A stretch of 22,578 nt of DNA from Myxococcaceae bacterium (GCA_035304185.1 DATGQN010000114.1:1-22578), one strand, 5' to 3'; positions 7,501 through 14,299 are shown, numbered from the stretch's first letter. Program-made: numbers and translations. Notes: a model not told the origin generated them from the letters alone.

Positions 7501-9985
7501 CGCGGACCGGATCGCCCAGCTCGACGAGCTGCTTGGCCATCTCGCGCAGCTTGAAGACCATCGCGTCGGTGGCGAAGTAGGCGTTGAGCGCGTCCTCGTC
7601 GGAGAAGCCCTGCGCCCGGCGCAACACGCCCTGCAGGATCCGCTCGGCGGCGGTGAAGAGGTTCTGCGCGCGGCGGTGTCGCTCGTCGAGCAGGGCCTGC
7701 TTGCGCGCACCGAAGGCCTCGTAGAGCTCCTCGCGGCGCTCCTGGAGCTGCTCCAGGAAGCCGTCGAACTCGCTGAAGCGCCCTTCGAGTTCCTCGAGCT
7801 GCACGGTCAGCCGGCCCAGGGACTCGTCGCAGTCCTCGGGCGTCTCCACCCGCGCGAGCGCGCTCTCCATGGCCTGGCCCAGCAGCCGGAACTGGGCGCT
7901 GAACTCGACCTTCTTCTCACTGCCCAGCAGTTCCCGCCGCCGCGCGGTGAGCGTCGCTCGGACGCGGTTGACCGTTCCGAACAGCTCGCCGATGCCCTCG
8001 AGGATGGTTGCGCGTGCAACCGGGTCACCGACCTGGAGGCCGGAGACCACCTCGGAGAGGACGTCCAGCCCGCGCGAGGTCTCCTCCAGCTGCTCGACCA
8101 GCGGCTCCATCTCGAGCGTGGTGGTGGCGGGGCCCGCGCGCTCGAGCAGGCTCTCGAGCTGCTGGGCCAGGGGGCGCAGCGCCTTGTCGTCGCGCAGGAA
8201 CGTGACGCAGCCCTCACTCACCTCGTCGGTGGTGCGGGCGATCTCCTGCTCCATCGCCTCGAGGCGTGCGCGGTCGATGTGGCGCAGTTCCTTGAGGGTG
8301 ATGAGGTGGCCGCGGTGGTTGCGCAGCTGCTCGAGCGCACGCATGAACTCCTCTGCGGTGGAGAGGTGCTCGGCGCGTGCATCCCGGAGGATCTCGAGCT
8401 GGGTCGCCTCGGCCTTGGTGAGCGCCTCCTCGGCGCGACGGCGGAGCGCGAGGACCTTCTCGTACTCATCGATGATGAGCTCGGCCGAACGCCGCAGCGC
8501 CTGCATCGGCTCGGACAGGCCGATCTCCTCGTGCCCCAGCCAGTGGTAGGCGTCCGCGGCCCGGGTCACGCCGGCGATCAGATCCTCGAAGGTCCGCCGG
8601 TTGGGCTCCTGCGCATTGGCCACCCGCCGAAGTGTCAGGGCCTCGGAGATGCCGCGGACGAGCTCCGCGTTGCCGATCTTGCCCAGGAAGCCCGGGACGG
8701 GAGGCGCCTGGGCGGCAAACTCCATGGAGACGAAGGGCGTCTGCCAGATCTGGATCGGATGCACCCGGGTGGGCTCGGTCAGGGTGCTGCGGAAGATCGC
8801 CATCCGGCCGTCGGCGAAGAGGCTGTAGCCGTGGCATTGGATGGGGGTCTGCATCTCCTTGCGCACGATGTTGTAGGGGAAGAGGACGTAATCCCCCTTC
8901 TCACGCGCGTGGAAGACGTAGAGGACGTCCTCGCCGTTGGGGCTTCGGAGGACGCGCTCGTACTCGAGGTCGGGGGGCTGTCCCTCGAAGCGCTTGAAGT
9001 CCCCGGTCTGGAGGTAATAGCCGCCGGGGAAGACCAGCCCCTGATCCTCCGGGAGCTGGATGCAGGCGTGCCCGATCTCGTCGACACGGGCCACCTGCTC
9101 GGTGCGGGTGTTGAAGACGAGGTAGCGCCAGGTCTCCTCCCGATAGGGGAGGATCTTCAGCAGGATGAGCGAGCCCACCCGCGCGTACTGAATGGTCGCG
9201 TCGTCGAGCGATTGATCCGGCGAGTCCACCGGTTCGCTGTAGATGCCCTGCCCTTCCTCGGTGTTGTTCTCGATCTTGACGGTGAGGTCACCCTTCACCG
9301 TGTCCACGAAGATCGTGTCGAGGATGTTGACGTGGGGGTGCTCGCCCGTGACGAAGTTCTCACGGGTGGCGGTCGTCCACTCGAAGTCGTGGCTGCGCGG
9401 GAAGACGTATTCGCGCTCGCCCCGGTTGTCGACGTAGGTGACCGCCCCGTCGGTGCCGATGTTGAAGCGGAAGACCCGGACGTCGGTCTGGCGCTCGCCG
9501 GTCTGGAAGACGGCGATGAAGCCGCCCTCGGTGCGCCGCAGCTGCAGGAGCTTGGCGCCCTTGTAGTAGCGGAAGAGCTCGGTGAAGTCCTTGACGAAGC
9601 GGGGGTCGGAGAGGAACGCCCCGCCCTCGGAGGCGGGGACGGGATCGACGTCGAACCCATCCTCCCGCTCCTCGAAGCGATGGAGGCTGAAGACGTCCGC
9701 GACCGTCGTCTCCTGGCGCAGTCCCAGGAAGACGTCGAAGCCGAAGAGCAGATGCGGCCCGACCGCGATGATGTCGCGGGGCAGGCAGTTGTTCTCCGTC
9801 CGCGCGCGCTCGTTGCCGATGACGCTGAGCTCGGTGCCACCGAAGAGCTCCTTGCGCCGTTCGTTGAGCGCCTCCGCCTTCTCCCCCACGGCCAGGGCCT
9901 GGGAGAGGAGGCGTGCACGGATCACCTCATAGCTGCCGCCCTCGGGTCCTTCGACCTGGGCGGCGGCCTTCGCTTCGTTCGTCAT
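4502..9985 (-). CDS. giant (1827 aa) multidomain protein with one dynein/MoxR-type AAA_5 P-loop ATPase module near residues ~1280-1440. It has an N-terminal ~470-aa beta-rich globular region, a ~750-aa alpha-helical/coiled-coil middle, and a Pro-rich C-terminal tail. No TM segments or signal peptide. Function unknown.
   Basis: Single uninterrupted minus-strand ORF. Walker A LLLLMSPPGYGKTTLMEYV (K codon at 6097..6095). Walker B NNVMLYLDDVQHTD. Sensor-like FAVVMAGNPYNETGERFRIPDMLANRADTYNL, the AAA_5 pattern (h-h-a-t-NP ... R..D..L.NR). Amino-acid composition is diverse, not just GC-driven; the antisense 1866-aa + ORF is G/A/R/L/P/E/V low-complexity. Only 25 bp separate its ATG from the flotillin stop. 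My unverified recollection is that similar ~1700-1800-aa proteins are annotated in databases as 'DNA repair ATPase-like' (DUF3686 plus AAA) with no experimental function. Confidence 0.75.
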   Translation of the reverse strand: MTNEAKAAAQVEGPEGGSYEVIRARLLSQALAVGEKAEALNERRKELFGGTELSVIGNERARTENNCLPRDIIAVGPHLLFGFDVFLGLRQETTVADVFSLHRFEEREDGFDVDPVPASEGGAFLSDPRFVKDFTELFRYYKGAKLLQLRRTEGGFIAVFQTGERQTDVRVFRFNIGTDGAVTYVDNRGEREYVFPRSHDFEWTTATRENFVTGEHPHVNILDTIFVDTVKGDLTVKIENNTEEGQGIYSEPVDSPDQSLDDATIQYARVGSLILLKILPYREETWRYLVFNTRTEQVARVDEIGHACIQLPEDQGLVFPGGYYLQTGDFKRFEGQPPDLEYERVLRSPNGEDVLYVFHAREKGDYVLFPYNIVRKEMQTPIQCHGYSLFADGRMAIFRSTLTEPTRVHPIQIWQTPFVSMEFAAQAPPVPGFLGKIGNAELVRGISEALTLRRVANAQEPNRRTFEDLIAGVTRAADAYHWLGHEEIGLSEPMQALRRSAELIIDEYEKVLALRRRAEEALTKAEATQLEILRDARAEHLSTAEEFMRALEQLRNHRGHLITLKELRHIDRARLEAMEQEIARTTDEVSEGCVTFLRDDKALRPLAQQLESLLERAGPATTTLEMEPLVEQLEETSRGLDVLSEVVSGLQVGDPVARATILEGIGELFGTVNRVRATLTARRRELLGSEKKVEFSAQFRLLGQAMESALARVETPEDCDESLGRLTVQLEELEGRFSEFDGFLEQLQERREELYEAFGARKQALLDERHRRAQNLFTAAERILQGVLRRAQGFSDEDALNAYFATDAMVFKLREMAKQLVELGDPVRGDELEGRLKTARQDGLRGLRDRAEIFEGGENVLRLGTHRFSVSTQALELTVLPRDGGLSLNILGTDFSEPITDPEILKHTSRFDQHLVSESPEVYRAEYLAGSILFDAEEQQNGLSVPALHEAALAPDGLLGLVRKVAADRYEEGYERGVHDVDASVILGKLLALHDGAGLLRHAPTPRAFACLYWAFLEDAGERDQLHSRARSLGRLRTVFQQAPALLELGDELAERIAAFLDAHRIPHAPGVTRVAGRYLSEELTAEHPRFTSSADAEWLCDRLMALLDARGTRSVFEEDLRALEKRLPERLGLMRAWLSGLVRTDADAGARAHALDEAAVMLLTGAQLDRVSASALIAGEVSGLLGSHPRIREGKLDLRLDAFLERIGHFRHVEVPAFHAYRKALRELIERERRRFRLDELQPKVLSTFVRNRLIDEVYLPLIGDNLAKQLGTVGENKRTDRQGLLLLMSPPGYGKTTLMEYVASRLGLAFVKVNGPALGHAVKSLDPSEAPNATARQEVERINLAFEMANNVMLYLDDVQHTDPELLQKFISLCDGQRRIEGVWNGRTRTYDLRGKKFAVVMAGNPYNETGERFRIPDMLANRADTYNLGDILNGREELFALSFVENALTSNEVLAPLALRDRKDTQLLIRIAQGREESANALEGSWSAVEVQEMVAVLQRLLKVQQTLGKVNAAYIASAAQDDRFRTEPPFKLQGSYRNMSRLASKVVSAMTDAELEELIDDHYRGESQTLTTGAEGNLLKLGELRGRLSAEEKARWDELKRGFARVVRQGGSDDDPVTRVTAELSEVGEQLTGIRTGILEAARTAAEARSQPETTPSGPGPTWGLIEPRLNTLEQSLQQLVNVAADLGKQQQRPPPLPKREKAEAASAPDLAPYLEQLGRVLEILASRPAQQSTVDAVSRPAPVDSGPMPMAVPAAAGSGAPPLVMVPDDVARQLVLLEGMLVPLARLARSHLKEGEGYVRAMQVWKQVSEALELLRGIRPPA
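5665..6150 (-). other. AAA_5-type ATPase core (Walker A, Walker B, sensor/arginine region) inside the giant gene
   Basis: GYGKT P-loop at ~6110..6095, LYLDD at ~5920..5905, VVMAGNPY...FRIPDMLANR at ~5800..5720 (forward coordinates of minus-strand codons). Confidence 0.7.
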
Positions 9986-10010
9986 CTTGGACGCCGGCCT
10001 CTTGGGTCAG

Positions 10011-12095
10011 TCAGTCTTTGGATTCGGGCTTGGTGACCTTGGCGGTCCGGGCCAGGAGCGCCGCGGCGGCCAGGTTCTGAACGTCCTGGGTCGCGCCGGG
10101 CTTGCTGAGCACCTCCTTGAGGTCCTCGGCCAGGTCCTTGCTGCCATCCAGGTAGTTCTTGAAGAAGCCCTGCAGCTTCTCGCTGGAGTCGATGGCCGCA
10201 TCCACGCCGGTCCCGAAGGACAGGGAGCGGACGAAGCGCTCGAAGAACTCGCCGTCGCCGCCGACGATCTTGAAGTCGGCATTGGCGAGCGCCTTTCCGA
10301 GCACCTCGGCCTGGGCGAGCGCCACGCTCTGGCGCACGTTGATCTCCGCCAGCGCGACCTCCTTCTCCTTCTCGATCTGGAGGCGGAACTCCTCGTGCTC
10401 GCGGCCGACCCCGTCCAGGGCCTTCATGGACTCGGCCTTCTCGGCCAGACCGCGGGCCTCGGCGATGAGGCGCTCCTGGATCGCCTGGGCCTCGGCCTCG
10501 CCGCGCTTCTGGATGGCAAGCGCCTCGGCCTCCTGCACGCGGATGGCGGCCAGCCCCTTCTGCTCGGTGCCGGTGGCTTCGGCGACCATCTGCTCGCGGA
10601 CCACCGCGGCCTGCGCGATGCCCTGCTTCTCGATCGCGGCGGCGTCGGCCTCGCGGACGCGCACGGACGCCATGCCCTGCTTCTCCTGGGCAAGCGCCTC
10701 GGCCTCGAGCACGCGCGCCCGGGCGAGGCCTTCGGCAGCGGCTTCGGCCTGGGTGCCCTCGGCGATGCGGACCTTGGACTTGGCGATGCGGTCGGCAGCC
10801 TCCAGCTCGACGTCGGCCAGGGTCAGCCGCTCGCGGGCGGTGAACTTGGCGACCTCGGCGGCGACCTCGGCGGCCTTCATCTCCTTGACCAGGCGCTCCT
10901 GGGCCTCGGCCTCGGCGGCGATCACGCGCGCGTCCTTGCCTCGGGTCGCCTCGGCGACCACGCGCAGATCCTTGATGGCCTCCTCCTCCTGCGCCACGGT
11001 CTTCTCGACGACGATGCGGGTGCGGATGACGTCGGCGATGGCCTTCTTCTCGGCCTCAATCGCCTTCTCCTTCTCGATCCGGCGCAGCTCGACCTCGCGC
11101 TCGCGGAGCAGGGCCTCGAGCTGCTGATCCTTGGTGACCCGCTCGGTCTCCACCAGGACCACGCGCTCGCGGTTCTTCTGCGCCACCTCGATCTGGCGCA
11201 GCTTGTTCTGTTCGTTGACGAAGATCTCCTCCTCGGCGCGGATGCGGGCCATCTCGGCGCGCGCGTGCTCCTCCTGCCGCACGAGCTCCGCCTGGGCGTG
11301 CTCACGGGCGCGGATGGTGGCGATCTCCCGCTGCTGCTCCTCCTCCGCCTTGGCGCGCTGGCGCTCGAGGGCGAAGACCGCCTCGTCGGCCTCGACGCGG
11401 CGCTTGGTGATCAGCATGCGCTCGTTCTGGCGCAGGTCCTCGGTGGCGATGTTCTCCACCGTGGTGATCTGGGTGATCTTCTTGATGCCGACCGAGTCGA
11501 GGACGTTGCTCGGATCGAGCACCTCGAGCGGGGTCTGCTCCAGGAAGTCGATGGCCACGTCTTCGAGGGTGTAGCCGTTGAGGTCCTGGCCGATGACCTT
11601 GACGATCTCGTCCTTGAACTCCTGGCGCATCGTGTAGAGCGCCTCGAAGTCCATCTGCTTGCCGACCGTCTTGAGCGCCTCGGAGAACTTGGCCTCGAAG
11701 AGCTCCTTGAGGGTCAGCTCATCCGACGCGCGCTCACAGCCGATGGCCTGCGCCACCTTGAGCACGTCCTCGCGGGTGCGGTTCACGCGGACGAAGAAGG
11801 CCACCTTGATGTCCGCGCGGATGTTGTCGCGACAGATGAGGCCTTCCTTGCCCCGACGATCGATGTCGACCGTCTTGAGCGACATGTCCATGACTTCGGC
11901 GCGGTGGATGATGGGCAGCACCACGCCGCCGGTGAACGTGACCACCGGCTCGCTCTTGAGCGTGTTGATGATGAGCACGTGGCCCTGCTCCACCTGTCGG
12001 TAGAAGCGGGCGACCATCATGCCCAGGCCACCGAGCACCACCGTGCCGCCGCCGGCGATGGTGCCGTAGAGAATCAGATCGTCCATTGGAGGCAT
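10011..12095 (-). CDS. flotillin-like SPFH/band-7 protein (YqiK/FloT-like) with an N-terminal membrane anchor and a very long EA-rich coiled-coil
   Basis: 694 aa. N-terminal hydrophobic segment LILYGTIAGGGTVVLGGLGMMVARFY. SPFH core ...GHVLIINTLKSEPVVTFTGGVVLPIIHRAEVMDMSLKTVDIDRRGKEGLICRDNIRADIKVAFFVRVNRTREDVLKVAQ... A ~350-aa Glu/Ala/Arg/Gln-rich heptad region follows (AEEEQQREIATIRAREHAQAELVRQEEHARAEMARIRAEEE...), typical of bacterial flotillins. AGGA sits 6 nt upstream of the ATG. Confidence 0.85.
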   Translation of the reverse strand: MPPMDDLILYGTIAGGGTVVLGGLGMMVARFYRQVEQGHVLIINTLKSEPVVTFTGGVVLPIIHRAEVMDMSLKTVDIDRRGKEGLICRDNIRADIKVAFFVRVNRTREDVLKVAQAIGCERASDELTLKELFEAKFSEALKTVGKQMDFEALYTMRQEFKDEIVKVIGQDLNGYTLEDVAIDFLEQTPLEVLDPSNVLDSVGIKKITQITTVENIATEDLRQNERMLITKRRVEADEAVFALERQRAKAEEEQQREIATIRAREHAQAELVRQEEHARAEMARIRAEEEIFVNEQNKLRQIEVAQKNRERVVLVETERVTKDQQLEALLREREVELRRIEKEKAIEAEKKAIADVIRTRIVVEKTVAQEEEAIKDLRVVAEATRGKDARVIAAEAEAQERLVKEMKAAEVAAEVAKFTARERLTLADVELEAADRIAKSKVRIAEGTQAEAAAEGLARARVLEAEALAQEKQGMASVRVREADAAAIEKQGIAQAAVVREQMVAEATGTEQKGLAAIRVQEAEALAIQKRGEAEAQAIQERLIAEARGLAEKAESMKALDGVGREHEEFRLQIEKEKEVALAEINVRQSVALAQAEVLGKALANADFKIVGGDGEFFERFVRSLSFGTGVDAAIDSSEKLQGFFKNYLDGSKDLAEDLKEVLSKPGATQDVQNLAAAALLARTAKVTKPESKD
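10440..10760 (-). repeat. periodic ~54-66-nt coding repeats (E-K/Q-Q/K-G-x-A... units) in the flotillin EA-rich coiled-coil region
   Basis: Recurring gccctgcttctc (10621 and 10675) and cagccccttctgctc / cgcgcttctggatggc motifs. Protein units EAEALAQEKQGMASVRVR / EADAAAIEKQGIAQAAVVR / EQMVAEATGTEQKGLAAIRVQ / EAEALAIQKRGEAEAQAIQ. Confidence 0.55.
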
Positions 12096-12197
12096 TGCGT
12101 CCTTCGCTTTGGGGTCGTGCAGTTGCTGAGCGGGTGGTTGCAGAGCGCCCGATCGCCGCCGTCAGCAGATCGGCGAGTCGGGCGGAAGAGAAGAGAT

Positions 12198-13043
12198 CTA
12201 GGAGGCCCGTTCCTTGGCGCGGGCGAGCGCCGCGGCGCGGGAGGGATCGTCCAGCGCAGAGAGTTCCTCGGGCAGCAGCCAGTCCACCGGCTCCACCTCG
12301 TACACCTCGCGGGCGGGATCGAACTCCAGGATCAGGGCGCGGTCTCCGCGCTTGAGGGTGTTGGCCCTGGCGCACACCACGTGGAGCCGCAGGCCCGCGC
12401 CGCCGTCCTCGAGGATGGCCTGTCCGTGCCGGCCGTCCACCGAGCCGCTGTCGATGACGCAGACCCGGCCGAGGAGCGTGTTGCGGGTGGGCGCATGCTT
12501 GAACTTGAAGAAGGGTCGCAGCGGCTTGATGGCGAGCGCCGAGAGGCCCACGCCCAGCGCGCCCCCGCCGACGAACACCCCGCCCTTGAGGATCGGGCTG
12601 GGGAAGACGTCGGGGAGCGCGGGTCCGAGCCAGTGCATCCCGAGGAGGGTCGAGGCCCAGCCGATGAAGATCAGCAGGGAGAGCGCGATGGTGACCGGAA
12701 CCCCGCCGAGGCCGAGCACATCCAGCAACCCGTGCCCCTCGGCCCCCAGCGCTTCGGACTTTCCGGCGAGGGCCTCCGCCTTCCCCGCGAGGGCCTCCGC
12801 CTTGCCGGCAATCGCCTCCCCTGCCCCGTCCAGCCCATCACCGATCGCGCCCAGCGCCTCGGCCTTGCCGGAGAGGGCTTCCGCCGCCCCATCCCCGTCC
12901 AGGGCGTCCAGCCCCACCTGGCCCAGAATCACCGCGAGCCAGTAAAGGAACACCATCCCCATCAGCAGCGAGAACGGAAGAACCGGAAAGGTCAGGGCGA
13001 GGTTGAGGAGGTGCTCCATGGGCAGCGGCGCAGCATAGTCCAC
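12198..13043 (-). CDS. NfeD-like / YqiJ-like membrane protein (N-terminal TM helices plus C-terminal OB-fold NfeD domain), the usual flotillin partner
   Basis: N-terminal TM helices (LNLALTFPVLPFSLLMGMVFLYWLAVILG...; GVPVTIALSLLIFIGWASTLLGMHWLG). C-terminal NTLLGRVCVIDSGSVDGRHGQAILEDGGAGLRLHVVCARANTLKRGDRALILEFDPAREVYEVEPVD fits the NfeD beta-barrel pattern (G.v.v.d..v.G....a.ir..G...........i..G..V.V). Sits immediately upstream of flotillin on the same strand, the YqiJ-YqiK arrangement. Start is ambiguous: GTG 13043 or ATG 13019. Confidence 0.7.
   Translation of the reverse strand: MDYAAPLPMEHLLNLALTFPVLPFSLLMGMVFLYWLAVILGQVGLDALDGDGAAEALSGKAEALGAIGDGLDGAGEAIAGKAEALAGKAEALAGKSEALGAEGHGLLDVLGLGGVPVTIALSLLIFIGWASTLLGMHWLGPALPDVFPSPILKGGVFVGGGALGVGLSALAIKPLRPFFKFKHAPTRNTLLGRVCVIDSGSVDGRHGQAILEDGGAGLRLHVVCARANTLKRGDRALILEFDPAREVYEVEPVDWLLPEELSALDDPSRAAALARAKERAS
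12744..12890 (-). repeat. in-frame 21-nt tandem repeat (~3 perfect or near-perfect copies plus degenerate flanking copies) encoding AGKAEAL heptads in the NfeD-like gene
   Basis: Forward strand 12765-12827 reads cggcgagggcctccgccttcc / ccgcgagggcctccgccttgc / cggcaatcgcctcccctgccc, with a related copy at 12861-12888. Protein: ...AIAGKAEALAGKAEALAGKSEALGAEG..., sitting between the TM region and the OB-fold domain. Confidence 0.7.
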
Positions 13044-13210
13044 TGGGCGTCAGATTTTTCGACCGACCCGGCACGAAACCCGGTCTCCCTGTCGGATAGC
13101 GAGCAGGCGGAGATGCCTGGGGCCGCCAAAGCCCTTCCCACACCCCTTGTTGCGGCGGGAGCCCTTCCCGGCTCAGCGCGATCGCCACGCGAGAGGGACG
13201 TCGGCCGCCC
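13044..13210 (-). promoter_or_regulatory. 167-bp gap upstream of the NfeD-flotillin-ATPase cluster, candidate promoter region (no consensus identified)
   Basis: This is the only sizeable non-coding gap on the minus strand between the lipoprotein gene and the NfeD-like gene. Downstream junctions are 102 bp and 25 bp, consistent with co-transcription. Confidence 0.3.
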
Positions 13211-13948
13211 TCAGCGCGCGTCAAAGGCCAGGGAGACCGCGCCTTGGGGCTCGCCGGTGTTGGCGTCGACCCGCTCGAAGGAGAATCGGACCGACTGGGC
13301 CTGGGGAGGGAGGACGGGGAAGTAGATGAAGCCGTCCACCACGCCCCCTTCCTCGAGGACGCCTTCGGGCACCGCATGGACCAGCATGTCGCGGGTGGGG
13401 AGCTCCACCGGCCAGGCAGGAGGCGCCCACGACCAGGTTCCGCCATAGCCCCAGGGGCCGTACCAGCGGGGGATCCCCGGATAGTACCGGCGGTAGCCGG
13501 GGGCCACGTAGAAGCCGTGGGAGCGCATGGGGTGCCCGTACCAACCGAAGCTGCCGCCCATGGCGGGGCCGGCGTCGCTCCACGTCCGCACCCACGCCTG
13601 TCCCCGGATGTCGAGCGGCGGGACCGCGGCCATCACCATGCCTCCCTGCACGGCCAGCGTGAACGCGTCATAGGTGATGCGCAGGGGGATGCCGCTCTGG
13701 TTCTCGATCCGCACCCGCATCGGGATGGCGACCCCGAGATCGCGGGGGAAGGCCCGCCAGGCGTCGGCATCGGCGATCACCCGGACCCCGTCGGCCTCTC
13801 CGACGACGGCCGACGGGACGCCAGCCACCACCGTTTCGCCTTCGGCCGGCACCAGCGGCGGGGTGGTGGCGCAGGCCGACAGCAGGGCCATGGCTCCCAG
13901 AGCCGACCACCAGACATCACGCCGCTGCTGCCTGACCTCCGTCTTCAT
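13211..13948 (-). CDS. hypothetical lipoprotein with a Trp/Tyr/Gly/Pro-rich segment
   Basis: MKTEVRQQRRDVWWSALGAMALLSAC: signal peptide with lipobox LLSAC. Realistic composition. Aromatic-rich block YRRYYPGIPRWYGPWGYGGTWSWAPPAWP. No family recognised. Same strand as the NfeD-flotillin-ATPase cluster and 167 bp upstream of it. Confidence 0.55.
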   Translation of the reverse strand: MKTEVRQQRRDVWWSALGAMALLSACATTPPLVPAEGETVVAGVPSAVVGEADGVRVIADADAWRAFPRDLGVAIPMRVRIENQSGIPLRITYDAFTLAVQGGMVMAAVPPLDIRGQAWVRTWSDAGPAMGGSFGWYGHPMRSHGFYVAPGYRRYYPGIPRWYGPWGYGGTWSWAPPAWPVELPTRDMLVHAVPEGVLEEGGVVDGFIYFPVLPPQAQSVRFSFERVDANTGEPQGAVSLAFDAR

Positions 13949-14299
13949 CCTCGCTCCGCGTCGGGCCGGGCGTGCCCGTCCAAGACTTGAAGCTAGGTGG
14001 CGGACGTCTCAGAGGGGACCTTCCCGCCTCCGGGCAACCGCTGCCTCATGCCCCTTCGTCCGCTCCCCCGGGCAGAGGGCCTTCGGCTCTTTCCCTGGCG
14101 CGCACGACTTTCGCGTAATGAACGTTTAGGGCGTTCTGCTGCGACGAGACGTCGACAGGCCTTACGGCAGGCGGGCAGGCTTTCAGCCCGGTGGCCGACA
14201 CTGTCCGGAAGGGCAGTGTGCGTGCGGACGGGTCGGAGCGGGACCCGTTTCGGGCGCTTCGCGGCCCGGGCAGAGCGCGCGCAGGGCTGGAGGGGAGCC
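13949..14299. promoter_or_regulatory. 351-bp divergent intergenic region (lipoprotein gene <-> STAS-like gene) containing several inverted repeats
   Basis: GAACG-N7-CGTTC at 14120-14136. ACACTG-N10-CAGTGT at 14198-14219. Hairpin CGGGTC-N7-GACCCG followed by TTT at 14229-14250. SD GGAGGGGAG at 14288-14296. No convincing sigma70 or sigma54 consensus. Confidence 0.35.

Noticed and set aside
4436-10036. 1866-aa + strand ORF spanning the whole giant-ATPase locus
   Set aside because: Its composition is dominated by G/A/R/L/P/E/V/D/H runs with no motifs. It is the mirror image of the minus-strand gene, which carries bona fide Walker A and B motifs; this is a typical high-GC antisense artefact.
9987-13325. 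1112-aa + strand ORF antisense to the flotillin and NfeD-like genes
   Set aside because: Low-complexity Leu/Gly/Asp/Ala/Arg translation, whereas the minus strand encodes recognisable SPFH and NfeD domains.
14096-14115. sigma54-like TGGCGC...TTTCGC element
   Set aside because: The spacing between the GG and GC elements is ~7 rather than the required 5 (GG-N10-GC), and the -12 element is poor.
13997-14299. 101-codon N-terminal extension of the STAS-like ORF
   Set aside because: Arg-rich nonsense with no SD, whereas ATG 14300 has a strong GGAGG 5-6 nt upstream.
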